Shown here: positions 1-9,856 of the stretch, piece by piece
Layout: every line of letters starts with the position of its first letter
Numbering within the stretch: position 1 is the stretch's first letter
From: Spirochaetaceae bacterium
Lineage (GTDB): Bacteria > Spirochaetota > Spirochaetia > DSM-2461
Direction: 5' to 3'
NCBI GenBank assembly: GCA_051531975.1
Contig: JAOPTT010000007.1
Span: forward strand, 245,778 to 309,777
DNA: 64,000 nt
Translations under genes and position numbers: made by a program
The notes under the pieces: generated by a model
Database searches by the model: none
What the model was told of the DNA's origin: nothing
The model's input: only the letters and a program-made list of their open reading frames with translations

Positions 1-7
1 TAAAAAT

Positions 8-505
8 CTATAATGAAAATTTAATCTTTTGATCTTCTGTGTGGTCCATAACTATACAATCATTTGCATATGTTCTTTGTGGTAGAACTATTAAGACATT
101 TGCAACTTTATCGTTAGCAGTCCAAGGCGCATGATGAAAAACACCCGGTTTTAAAGTAACCATTGTTCCCATAGGGACTCTAAAGACTCTCATTTTATTA
201 ACCGGTAACTCTCCATTAGGAGCGCCTGGGGCAACATGGATAATTATATCGTTATCTAAAGCAAATATTCCCTCACCACAGTGGGAGTGGTACTCACTTA
301 TATTTATTTCAAACTCTCTTTTAAGAACTCTACAAATGGAGAATGATGTAACTGTCTTAGTTCCCATATCCTGCTGTGTCATGTCTCTATAAAATGTTAC
401 TGGATCTGCACCAAAGTATTCTGTATCTGGGTTTATCATGTTATTGAATGTTCCAAACTCGTTAAATGCCTCTAAGCTGAGTTCTTGAACCTTTAATTCT
501 TTCAT
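8..505 (-). CDS. Ureidoglycolate lyase (AllA)-like cupin protein
   Basis: 165 aa; N-terminal L.LEAF..FG, E.H.H..E and 'PGVFHHAP' cupin motifs; SD AGGAGG upstream; last visible gene of the sugar operon. Confidence 0.6.
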   Translation of the reverse strand: MKELKVQELSLEAFNEFGTFNNMINPDTEYFGADPVTFYRDMTQQDMGTKTVTSFSICRVLKREFEINISEYHSHCGEGIFALDNDIIIHVAPGAPNGELPVNKMRVFRVPMGTMVTLKPGVFHHAPWTANDKVANVLIVLPQRTYANDCIVMDHTEDQKIKFSL

Positions 506-526
506 TTTTCCTCCTATTTAAAAAAT

Positions 527-571
527 GAAAAGGGGGACATATGGTTGCAATATATGAACTTCCCCCCTTTC
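527..571 (-). terminator. Long GC-stem hairpin with T-tract between the isomerase and cupin genes
   Basis: Minus strand GAAAGGGGGG..CATAT..ATATG.CCCCCTTTTC followed by ATTTTTT. Confidence 0.55.
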
Positions 572-600
572 GAAATGTTGTTAATTTTTAGTTAAGCTTA

Positions 601-2082
601 TTATCCAAATGGGTTTTCATTTTTATATAACATCCCAGCTGGTTGGTTAAAACTAATATCATCTACACCTAAAAGTTTAGTTGCAGCAAAAAGTGATTTT
701 CCTGTATGACCAAAAGCGATACCTGCATGATGTGGGTATTGTTTACCAATAAGAACATGTCTATAAAATCTCCCCATCTCTTTAATTGCAAATACAGCAA
801 TTGAACCAAATGATTCAGGGTTAATATTTAGTATTTCTCCATCGGCAATATATGCTTGTAAGTGTGTATCACCTGTAGATTGGATTCTAAAGATAGAAAC
901 TTCACCTGGTTTAATTGTACCTTCTAAAGTTCCCCTTGTAATATTAGGTGTTACATCTGGCTCCATTAAAGAGTGCATAATTTTTTGGAACTTCATTGAG
1001 CAGTCACCCATACAAGAAGTAGAAGTATTACCACAGTGGAATCCCATAAATAGGTCTTTATTTGTATAACCGTTGGCAATTTTTTCATTTGCTTTAAACA
1101 TATCTGATGGAACAGTATTATTAATATCTAAAAGTGTTGCTACACTTCCAGTTGCACATGTAATCATGTACTCAGTTAATGCACCATAAATATCAACTTC
1201 ACATGCTACAGGAATTCCTCTCTCTGCTAATCTTGAGTTTACATAACATGGAACGAATCCAAAGTACTTCTCAAATGATGGCCAACATTTATTAGCAAAA
1301 ACACCATATTTTGATGCACCTAAATTATTGTTATAAAAATCAACTAATGCACACTCATACTGAGCTAGCTTTTCTAACAGATCAGGGTAAGTATTACCAG
1401 CACCTAACTCTTTTTCCATTTCAGCTTTAACTCTTGGAATATCTGGGTGGTTAGCTGCTTCATTATAGATATCAAAAAGATCTAGTTCTGAACTCTCCAT
1501 AACTTCAACACCTAAGTCATAAAGTGGTTTAATTGGAGCATTACAAGCCACAAAGTCGTGGGGTCTTGGTCCAAAAGCGAATATTTTAACGTTTTTAACA
1601 CCTAATATAACTCTTGATACTGGTACAAAGTCAGCAATCATAGATGCAACTTCAGTTGCATTACCAACTGGATACTCTGGAATATAAACTTTCTTATGTC
1701 TTAAATCTGCACTTATAGATGCATTTAACATTCCACAATAAGCATCACCACGGGCATCTTTTAAACAAGAAGTTGCCTCTTCAGCTGCTGCACAAAACAT
1801 AGTTGGTCCATCGAACTTCTGGGCTAACAGAGAAAGTGGTCCCTCTGGCCCAAAGTTACCTAAAAAGATAACTAAGGAGTTACAGCCTTTATCGGTTGCT
1901 TCTTTTAATGCTTGCATAGCATCTACTTCATTTTCAACAATTGTCTCTAATTCAATTATATCTATATTCTGAACTCCACACTCTTTAGCTACTGCTACTC
2001 TTCTTGATCTTGATAACTCTATTGGGAAACAATCCCTACTTACTGCTACTAAACCTAATTTTGCTACTGGTATATTTTGCAT
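601..2082 (-). CDS. L-fucose/L-arabinose isomerase family protein (probable XylA-II-type xylose isomerase)
   Basis: 493 aa; VAVSRDCFP, GNFGPE, RGDAYCG, CEVDIYGA, FHCGN and YPHH motifs; co-oriented with xylB and tkt. Confidence 0.8.
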   Translation of the reverse strand: MQNIPVAKLGLVAVSRDCFPIELSRSRRVAVAKECGVQNIDIIELETIVENEVDAMQALKEATDKGCNSLVIFLGNFGPEGPLSLLAQKFDGPTMFCAAAEEATSCLKDARGDAYCGMLNASISADLRHKKVYIPEYPVGNATEVASMIADFVPVSRVILGVKNVKIFAFGPRPHDFVACNAPIKPLYDLGVEVMESSELDLFDIYNEAANHPDIPRVKAEMEKELGAGNTYPDLLEKLAQYECALVDFYNNNLGASKYGVFANKCWPSFEKYFGFVPCYVNSRLAERGIPVACEVDIYGALTEYMITCATGSVATLLDINNTVPSDMFKANEKIANGYTNKDLFMGFHCGNTSTSCMGDCSMKFQKIMHSLMEPDVTPNITRGTLEGTIKPGEVSIFRIQSTGDTHLQAYIADGEILNINPESFGSIAVFAIKEMGRFYRHVLIGKQYPHHAGIAFGHTGKSLFAATKLLGVDDISFNQPAGMLYKNENPFG

Positions 2083-2083
2083 A

Positions 2084-4150
2084 TTACTCTCCTAAAAATT
2101 TTAGCACTTCTGCTGCTGCTTTGTTACATTCAAATCCAAAGTGTTTTGCAACATCTTTGAAATTACCTGATAATCCAAAAGTATCAATATCTCTAACAAA
2201 TATATTATCGCTGTAAAATAGTTTGTTAGCTCTATGGGAAGCTGTTTCCATAAAGTAGATAGGTGAATCTCCTAATACTTTAGTTGTATAACTTTTTTCC
2301 TGCTCCTGGAATTTTTCTAAACAGGGTATAGAAACTAAACGTACTTTTTTTCCCTTAGCTTCTAATATCTCTTTTGTTTCTAATAGTGTACTTACTTCCG
2401 ATCCAGTTCCAGCTAATGTTACATCTGCCTTTCCCCCACAATCGAACATTACATATCCACCTTTTTTGAACTTAGCATATGCTTCAGCTCTGTCCCCAGG
2501 TAGGTTGAATAATTTTTCATTTAGAACCTGTCTTGTTCCTAAAATAACTGCAGGCCCCTCTGTTTCCATAAACTCTAAATATGAGAAAGACATCTCCATA
2601 TCGTTTGCAGGTCTATATGTATAGAGACCAGGAATAAGTCTAGTGGCTCCTAAGTGCTCTATAGGCTCATGTGTAGGTCCATCTTCACCAACATAAATAG
2701 AGTCGTGGGTAAAAATAAATAGGTGATTTAACTTCATTAAAGATGCTAACCTAACAGCTGGTTTCATATAGTCGATAAATGTAAAAAATGTTGAAGTAAA
2801 TGGGATAAAGTCTCTACTAAGAGCTAAACCGTTTCCAATGGCACCCATTGCAGCTTCTCTAACTCCAAAAGCTATGTTTCTACCAGAAAAATCTTTTCTA
2901 GTTACATATTTAGCACCCTTTATAGTCGCTTTAGTAGAAGCAACTAAGTCTGCACAACCACCAATTAGTTTTGGAGTATGTTTTGCAACAATGTTTAAAA
3001 TGTCTGCACTGGTATTTCTAGTTGCATCCTGCTTACTAGAGTAGTTTAATAACTCTTTTTTTAGTTCTGTAGTAGCACCAGTAAATTTATACTCTAAAAA
3101 CTCTTTGTATTTTTTAGGGTACTTTCCTTTATAATCTTGGAACTTAATTGTCCATTCTTTATATTTTTTTATACCAGAATCTAATACATCACCAAGATCA
3201 TCTTTAAAATTCGAAATATTAAACAGATCCCCGGTTAAAAGTTGCTTCTCTATTAATTCCTGAGCTTCAATAACTGTATCTGTCCCAGCAATAGATTGTA
3301 ATTTGGTATTTTGCAGTAGGTAGGCTATCTCTTTTACTCCAACTGGAGCTCCATGGGCTTTATGACTTCCTTTAAGAGTATCTAAACCTTCACCAATTTT
3401 TGTTTTAACAATTAAAAGTTTAGGTTTACCACTAGTTGAAGTTTTTAGAACCTCTAATTTATTATTAATGTCTAACAAGTCTGTACCAACAGGAGCTTCT
3501 AATACTTTCCACCCTAAAGCTTCGTATCGACCCTGTACATTTTCAGTAAACAGATCCATAGAAGATTCATCTATTGTTACACTGTTATCGTCGTAAATTG
3601 CTATTAAATTATCAAGGCCTAAAGATCCAGCAATTGATGCTGCTTCGTTAGTCATTCCTTCCATTGTACAACCGTCACCCATTAATACATAAGTAAAGTA
3701 GTCAAAAAGTTTTATATCATCTGTATTAAACCGTGCAGCCATCATTTTTGCTTCTGTTGCAATACCTACAGCGTTGGAGAAACCCTGACCTAATGGTCCT
3801 GTTGTAGTCTCTATTCCTAGTTCAACTTCATACTCAGGGTGTCCTGCAGTTTTAGAGCCTATTTGTCTAAAATTTGCTAAGTCACTTATTGAAAAACCGT
3901 AACCAAAAATATAATTAAGTGCATAAACTAACATAGAACCATGACCCGCAGATAAAATAAATCGATCTCTATTTAGCCAATCCGGTCTGCTTGATGTAGC
4001 ATTCATTATATTTCCATATAAAAGCACACCAATATCTGCACAACCTAAAGGAAGACCAGGATGACCTGAGTTTGCTCTTTGTATTCCCATTGTTGCTAAA
4101 TAACGAAGATAATCTCCTAAGTTTTTAGCTCTGTTTATATCTAAATTCAC
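2084..4150 (-). CDS. tkt: Transketolase
   Basis: SGHPG, DRFILSAGH, GPLGQG, GDGC TPP motif, THDS..GEDGPTH; GTG start with GGGAGG SD. Confidence 0.95.
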   Translation of the reverse strand: MNLDINRAKNLGDYLRYLATMGIQRANSGHPGLPLGCADIGVLLYGNIMNATSSRPDWLNRDRFILSAGHGSMLVYALNYIFGYGFSISDLANFRQIGSKTAGHPEYEVELGIETTTGPLGQGFSNAVGIATEAKMMAARFNTDDIKLFDYFTYVLMGDGCTMEGMTNEAASIAGSLGLDNLIAIYDDNSVTIDESSMDLFTENVQGRYEALGWKVLEAPVGTDLLDINNKLEVLKTSTSGKPKLLIVKTKIGEGLDTLKGSHKAHGAPVGVKEIAYLLQNTKLQSIAGTDTVIEAQELIEKQLLTGDLFNISNFKDDLGDVLDSGIKKYKEWTIKFQDYKGKYPKKYKEFLEYKFTGATTELKKELLNYSSKQDATRNTSADILNIVAKHTPKLIGGCADLVASTKATIKGAKYVTRKDFSGRNIAFGVREAAMGAIGNGLALSRDFIPFTSTFFTFIDYMKPAVRLASLMKLNHLFIFTHDSIYVGEDGPTHEPIEHLGATRLIPGLYTYRPANDMEMSFSYLEFMETEGPAVILGTRQVLNEKLFNLPGDRAEAYAKFKKGGYVMFDCGGKADVTLAGTGSEVSTLLETKEILEAKGKKVRLVSIPCLEKFQEQEKSYTTKVLGDSPIYFMETASHRANKLFYSDNIFVRDIDTFGLSGNFKDVAKHFGFECNKAAAEVLKFLGE

Positions 4151-4161
4151 AATTTCCTCCC

Positions 4162-5652
4162 TTATTTAAATAAAACACTAAGTGTTTCTAAGTATTTTAA
4201 ATATTCTGCATATACAGAGTTATATTTCTCTACATCTTTACCTGGTTGGTATCGTAATACTTCTGTACCACTACAGTGTTCATCCGTAAGTTTTTTAATA
4301 TCTGTCTCACCACCATTTTTATGGTTTAAAGCCCAAAGTGATTGTATTGCTCCACCTAATGCTCCAGCTTCAGTATTATCTGTTATTACAATTGTGGTAT
4401 TCATAACATCTGCGACAATTTGTCTCCAAATTAAACTTTTTGAACCACCACCAGTTAATACAATCTCTGCTGGTTTAAAACCAAGCTTAACAAAACTATC
4501 TAAGCCATATCTCATACCAAAAATAGCAGCTTCCATAGAGGATCTAATCATGTTTGATGGAGTTACATTATCCATATCCATACCAACAATAGTTCCTTTA
4601 CCGTTAGGTAGGTTAGGAGTTCTCTCTCCATTAAAAAATGGTAGAGTAATTAATCCCTGGCTCCCAGCCTCTGACTGGTTTGCAAGTTCATCTATCTCTT
4701 TTACTTCTATATTTAGAAGTTTTCTCATTATCTCGGTTGAAACTGTACAGTTCATAGTACAAAGTAGGGGAAGATACCCACCACTTGATGAACAAAATGC
4801 AGCTATATTTCCATCTGTATCGATAACTGGCTTGTCTGAATAACCATAAAGTGTTCCAGAAGTTCCTAAACTCATTGTCATAACACCATCTGAAACTACA
4901 CCTGTTCCAATTGCTGCAATCATGTTATCACCACCACCAGATGATACTAATATGCCGACCGGGATCCCAAAAAGTTTAGATGCCTCTTTAGTTACATAAC
5001 CTGAAGGTTCGTGAGCTTCTATCAACTTTGGAAGTGCAGACATTAAGTCTCTATCAGCATCTAAAGCTTTAATTACTTCTTTGCTCCACTGCTTTTTTTC
5101 TATATCTAGAAGAGCAGTTCCAGAAGCATCTCCATACTCCATAACTCTGTTTCCTGTTAACTTAAAATTTAAGTAGTCATGGGGTAATAAAATAGTTTCC
5201 ATTCTTTCATATAAATCTGGGTGGTTCTCTTTTAACCATAAAATCTTAGATGCTGTATAACCTGCATATACAGGGTTTCCAGCTGTCTCTATTATTTTAT
5301 CGATTCCACCAACGTTGTTATTAATTGTATCGCACTGGTCCTGAGTAGAAGTATCACACCAAAGCTTTACAGGGCATAAAACTTCCCCATCTTTATCTAT
5401 TGGTACAAAGCCGTGTTGCTGACCAGAAACCCCTAGGGCTACTGCAGTTTTCCGGATTTTACTATCAATCTGTTTAAAAGCTTTTACTGCGGCATCTATC
5501 CACCAACTAGCTTCCTGTTCTCTAGTTCCATCCTCTCGGCTAATAAGTTTATGTGGAGCGGATGCTGTTGCTACGATTTTTCTATTTTCATAATCATAAA
5601 ATAGAACCTTTGTACTCTGTGTTCCGTTATCTATTCCAATTAATGTCTTCAT
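4162..5652 (-). CDS. xylB: Xylulokinase (FGGY family)
   Basis: IGIDNGTQSTK, SGQQHG, GGGDN, SLGTSGT, FFNGERTP; start moved to ATG 5652 (MKTLIGID). Confidence 0.88.
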   Translation of the reverse strand: MKTLIGIDNGTQSTKVLFYDYENRKIVATASAPHKLISREDGTREQEASWWIDAAVKAFKQIDSKIRKTAVALGVSGQQHGFVPIDKDGEVLCPVKLWCDTSTQDQCDTINNNVGGIDKIIETAGNPVYAGYTASKILWLKENHPDLYERMETILLPHDYLNFKLTGNRVMEYGDASGTALLDIEKKQWSKEVIKALDADRDLMSALPKLIEAHEPSGYVTKEASKLFGIPVGILVSSGGGDNMIAAIGTGVVSDGVMTMSLGTSGTLYGYSDKPVIDTDGNIAAFCSSSGGYLPLLCTMNCTVSTEIMRKLLNIEVKEIDELANQSEAGSQGLITLPFFNGERTPNLPNGKGTIVGMDMDNVTPSNMIRSSMEAAIFGMRYGLDSFVKLGFKPAEIVLTGGGSKSLIWRQIVADVMNTTIVITDNTEAGALGGAIQSLWALNHKNGGETDIKKLTDEHCSGTEVLRYQPGKDVEKYNSVYAEYLKYLETLSVLFK

Positions 5653-5725
5653 GGTTTTTATTATTAGGCTGAATTCAGGCTTAAAGAATGGACAAAAATG
5701 ACAAAACATACATATAATTGACATT

Positions 5726-6532
5726 ATGATTATAAAAGATGCTTTTTTTGTATATCAACTCAGTTCATCTTCAGAAGTTGAGTGGCATAACAGGCTGCAT
5801 TCCCACACTGATAATGAGTATGAGTTACACTATTTTTTACAGGGGGAAGGCCTATTCAAAACAGGAAACTCAGTATTTAATATCTTGGGAGGCGCACTAT
5901 TTTTAACCGCACCAAATGAATCCCACTCTATAAAAAGTACAAATATTTCTAAACCTCTAACTTATTATGCAATTTTAATAAGTGTCGATGAAAATGATGT
6001 AGAAATAAAGGAACTCCTAGATTCAGAACTTAAAAATAGTAACTACTATAAAATTGGAACAAACTATCGATTCTTTTTTGAAGAGTTAAGGGATAATGGG
6101 TTATCAGAAAAACCAAATTTAAATAAGGCTGCAAATTATCAGTTGTTATCGTTTTTATATAAATTAAATGAAAGTCCAGATGATATTAATATTGGAGAGA
6201 AGGAAAATATACATATTGAGAAAGCATTGATGATAATGCAAAGTAGTGTATTTGATGAGATTACTTTAGGGGAAATATCTGATAAGTTAAATCTAAACGA
6301 TTCATATTTTATACGTCTGTTTAAAAGAAAAATGAAGACGACACCAATGAAGTATTATACAAAATTAAAAATAGAGGCTGCTACTTCCATGTTAATATCA
6401 TCTACCCAGTTAATATATGAAATTGCCGCTAAATTACACTTCTATTCCGAGTTCCACTTTAGTAGAGTCTTTAAAACCCATACAGGGTTTTCTCCTAGAG
6501 AGTACCGAAAAGAGTATAGACAACTTACTTAG
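5726..6532 (+). CDS. AraC family transcriptional regulator, divergent from xylB
   Basis: N-terminal cupin (HSH..YELHY) and C-terminal double HTH (YFIRLFK...FSRVFK..TGFSPREYR). Confidence 0.92.
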   Translation: MIIKDAFFVYQLSSSSEVEWHNRLHSHTDNEYELHYFLQGEGLFKTGNSVFNILGGALFLTAPNESHSIKSTNISKPLTYYAILISVDENDVEIKELLDSELKNSNYYKIGTNYRFFFEELRDNGLSEKPNLNKAANYQLLSFLYKLNESPDDINIGEKENIHIEKALMIMQSSVFDEITLGEISDKLNLNDSYFIRLFKRKMKTTPMKYYTKLKIEAATSMLISSTQLIYEIAAKLHFYSEFHFSRVFKTHTGFSPREYRKEYRQLT

Positions 6533-6559
6533 TTTCTTTATATTAACTGGGTGATGGAA

Positions 6560-7921
6560 CTATAAGTTCTCTCCATTAGTATCAATTACATCTTTGTACC
6601 AATATCCAGAATCTTTTATTGTACGCTTCTGTGTTTCAAAATCTACATGAACCATTCCAAAACGTTCTCTATAACCAGCTGCCCACTCAAAGTTATCCAT
6701 TATTGACCAGTGGAAATAACCAGCTAAATCAATACCTTCTGCAGCAGCTCTTTTATACTCTCTTAGATATCTGTGGGTAAAATCAATTCTTTGAGGATCA
6801 TGGACTTTTCCATCTAAGCTAACCCAGTCCTTATTGGAAAGACCGTTTTCTGTAATAATAATAGGAGACTTATATCTGGCATATAAAAATTTAGATCCCC
6901 AATATAACCCTTCAGGTCTTACTGTCCAGTTAAATCCTGTAACAGCTTCACCAATTTTAGGTACATATGTGTTTTTAGACGATTTTCCATCTGTAGAGTA
7001 ATATGTTCCTGTGTAGTGGTTGTTTCCTAAAAAATCTATAGGTTCAGATATAATTTTAAGATCTTCTTTATAACCTTCTGGTAAATATTGCTCCGCTGTT
7101 TTTAAACCATCAGCAGGGTATTTACCAAAAAAGACAGGATCTAACCACCAAGTATTTGACCAAGCAGAGAAGTGCTGACCTTGTTCATTGGAAAACATCT
7201 GTTCTTCAGCATGTTTAATACATTCCGGTGTTTCCTGTGTTGGAATATTTACACCGCAAACTGGAGCCATTCCTACCTGTGGTTTTAATACAGAGTGCTC
7301 TCTTATTGTTTTTACAGCTTTCCCATGGGCTAATAATACGTTATGTATCATTATAATTGTATCTCTTTTTTGTAATTTTATACCTGGAGCGTGTTCTCCA
7401 CTAACATGACCTAGGCCAATAAACACCTGGGGTTCATTAATTGTAAACCAGTGATCAACTCTATCAGATAGTCGGTCCACTACAGCTTTTGTATAGTTTT
7501 TAAACCACTCTGATGATTCTGGATTTAACCAGCCACCTTTTTTATATAGTTCATATGGGTAGTCCCAGTGGAATAGTGTAGGGAAAGGCATTATATCATT
7601 TGCTAAAAGCTCATCAACTAAGTTGCTGTAAAAGTCTAAACCTTTTTGATTTATCTGCCCATCTCCATTTGGCATAACTCTAGGCCATGAGATTGAGAAT
7701 CTATAGGACTTTAAACCCATCTTTTTCATTATTTGAACATCTTCTTTATATCTATGATAGTGGTCACAAGCTATTTTCCCAGTATTTCCCTGGTACACAG
7801 CGCCCTCTTTTTCTGTGAGATGATCCCAGATAGACATTCCTTTTCCATCTTCATCCCATGCACCTTCAATCTGGTAAGAAGCTGCAGCAGCTCCCCAAAT
7901 AAAATCTTTTTTAAAACTCAT
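6560..7921 (-). CDS. GH1 beta-glucosidase
   Basis: FIWGAAAASYQIEG, TINEP (acid/base), ITENG (nucleophile), WSIMDNFEW. Confidence 0.95.
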   Translation of the reverse strand: MSFKKDFIWGAAAASYQIEGAWDEDGKGMSIWDHLTEKEGAVYQGNTGKIACDHYHRYKEDVQIMKKMGLKSYRFSISWPRVMPNGDGQINQKGLDFYSNLVDELLANDIMPFPTLFHWDYPYELYKKGGWLNPESSEWFKNYTKAVVDRLSDRVDHWFTINEPQVFIGLGHVSGEHAPGIKLQKRDTIIMIHNVLLAHGKAVKTIREHSVLKPQVGMAPVCGVNIPTQETPECIKHAEEQMFSNEQGQHFSAWSNTWWLDPVFFGKYPADGLKTAEQYLPEGYKEDLKIISEPIDFLGNNHYTGTYYSTDGKSSKNTYVPKIGEAVTGFNWTVRPEGLYWGSKFLYARYKSPIIITENGLSNKDWVSLDGKVHDPQRIDFTHRYLREYKRAAAEGIDLAGYFHWSIMDNFEWAAGYRERFGMVHVDFETQKRTIKDSGYWYKDVIDTNGENL

Positions 7922-8006
7922 AGTTGCTCCCTCTTATATTATATGAATATAGTAATCCTCAATTTGCTTATGTACAATAGAAAGATATTAATAGTAATAT
8001 CAATAT

Positions 8007-8840
8007 ATGAAGAATTTGTTCTTTTTGAATGTAACACCAGATGAACAGAAGCTACCTTATTATATTTATGGTGCATCTAGTAATTATACCCAGAGTAAAG
8101 TTTTCCGTCCTAATGGATGTACATGGTATCAGTTAAACATCTGTAGAAAAGGCCGTGGTATCCTGAAAATGAATGGAAAAGAGAGGTATATCGAAGAAGG
8201 GGATAGTATTATCATATATCCAAATATTCCCCATGAATATTATCCAATAACCGATAAAATGGTTGTTTCTTGGGTCGCATTTGATGGATTCCAAGTAAAC
8301 AGTATGTTTAAATTTATTGGTATAGAGACTTCAGGTATATATAAACTTTTAAATACTGTAACTATACATAGATCAATAACCAAAATGTTAGATTTGCAAA
8401 ACAAAAGTTTCACAGAGCAGAGTTTTTTAGGTTCAGGTTATATCTATGACTTTTTATTAACATTAAAAAAGAATTTTAGATTAGATGAGTCTCAAAAAAA
8501 TGATTTTTCAATTAACAAAATAAAACCTGCCATAGATTTTATGAATATACATTTATCAGATCCTATAGGAATAGATGATATATCAAAATCAATGAATATC
8601 TCAGCACAGCACTTCTGTTTGATCTTTAAGTCTATTATGAATCAGAGACCATTTGAATATTTAAACTCATTAAGAATAAACCACTCAAAAAATCTACTAT
8701 TACATAGGCCTGAGTGCTCAATAAAAGAGATAGCAATATTGTCTGGGTTTTCTAATCAGAGCTATTATTGTTCTAAGTTTAAACAAAGGGAGAGGGTTAG
8801 TCCTGTAAATTTTAGACAGTTATATAAGCAGGATAATTAA
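8007..8840 (+). CDS. AraC family transcriptional regulator, divergent from GH1
   Basis: AraC-binding N-domain (YPNIPHEYYP) and C-terminal HTH (SGFSNQSYYCSKFK). Confidence 0.9.
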   Translation: MKNLFFLNVTPDEQKLPYYIYGASSNYTQSKVFRPNGCTWYQLNICRKGRGILKMNGKERYIEEGDSIIIYPNIPHEYYPITDKMVVSWVAFDGFQVNSMFKFIGIETSGIYKLLNTVTIHRSITKMLDLQNKSFTEQSFLGSGYIYDFLLTLKKNFRLDESQKNDFSINKIKPAIDFMNIHLSDPIGIDDISKSMNISAQHFCLIFKSIMNQRPFEYLNSLRINHSKNLLLHRPECSIKEIAILSGFSNQSYYCSKFKQRERVSPVNFRQLYKQDN

Positions 8841-9784
8841 TGTCTACTATATAAGCTACTAATAGGTTTTCCACTATTTGTATGGGTTATAACCTTGGCA
8901 AAAAGTTCTGCAACTGAGACTATCTCTATCTTAGAACATTTTTTCTCATCTGAAACAAAGACTGTATCTGTTATGATTAATTTTTTAATACTAGATTTAG
9001 TTAGTCTCTCTATTGCTTTACCTGATAAAACACCATGGACACAGAAGGCCACTATTTCTTTAGCACCAAACTTCTCAAGGACTTCAGCAGCTTCAACTAA
9101 TGAGCCTGCAGAAGCTACTTCATCATCAAATATTAGAGCTTTTTTACCATCAACCTCTCCAATAATATTTTCCATTACTGGGGATTCTGAATCATCGGCT
9201 CTTCTTTTATCTAAAATTGCTAGTGGTAGTCCTAATCTTTTTGCATGACTTCCTGCATGTTTTGCACTTCCAGCATCCGGTGCAACAACAACAGCATTTT
9301 CTAGCCCCTCTAATTTACAACTTTCTGACAAAATGTTCCCAGCCATTAAATGGTCACAAGGGATATCAAAAAAACCTTGAATTTGTGGAGAGTGTAGATT
9401 CATTGTCATTACTCTATCAGCTCCTGATGTCTTAATAAGGTCTGCCACTAATTTTGCTGTAACAGAAATTCTTGGTTGGTCTTTTTTGTCTGATCTAACA
9501 TAGGGAAAGTAGGGAATAACAGCAGTTACTCTATTTGCACTGGCATGTTTTGCTGCATCTATCATGATAAGTAGTTCCATTAAACCTTCGTTTACAGGTA
9601 TACATGATGGCTGAACGATATATACATCTTTACCTCTAAGGCTCTCTTTATATGCAACTTTTATATTATCGTTACTAAATTTTATTATATCACACTTACC
9701 AAGTTCTACACCTGCATGCCTACAAATTGATTCAGCTAATGGTCTGTTTGCATTGCCACTAAAGATCTTAAGTTCCCCAAACAT
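8837..9784 (-). CDS. prs: Ribose-phosphate pyrophosphokinase
   Basis: IFSGNANRPLA, IPYFPYVRSDKK, LHSPQIQGFFD, PDAG, HGVLSG; start moved to ATG 9784 behind an AGGAG SD. Confidence 0.93.
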   Translation of the reverse strand: MFGELKIFSGNANRPLAESICRHAGVELGKCDIIKFSNDNIKVAYKESLRGKDVYIVQPSCIPVNEGLMELLIMIDAAKHASANRVTAVIPYFPYVRSDKKDQPRISVTAKLVADLIKTSGADRVMTMNLHSPQIQGFFDIPCDHLMAGNILSESCKLEGLENAVVVAPDAGSAKHAGSHAKRLGLPLAILDKRRADDSESPVMENIIGEVDGKKALIFDDEVASAGSLVEAAEVLEKFGAKEIVAFCVHGVLSGKAIERLTKSSIKKLIITDTVFVSDEKKCSKIEIVSVAELFAKVITHTNSGKPISSLYSRH

Positions 9785-9856
9785 ATACTCTCCTAAATGA
9801 TACAATTAAATATCTAGGAGTTTTATACTTTATTCAAGGTGATATTAAATATTTCT

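Noticed and set aside
5653..5724. N-terminal extensions in the ORF track (xylB; likewise 9805, 21146, 38751, 38782, 47019, 48990)
   Set aside because: They overlap promoters or upstream genes; downstream starts fit the family N-termini and the SD or -10 positions better.
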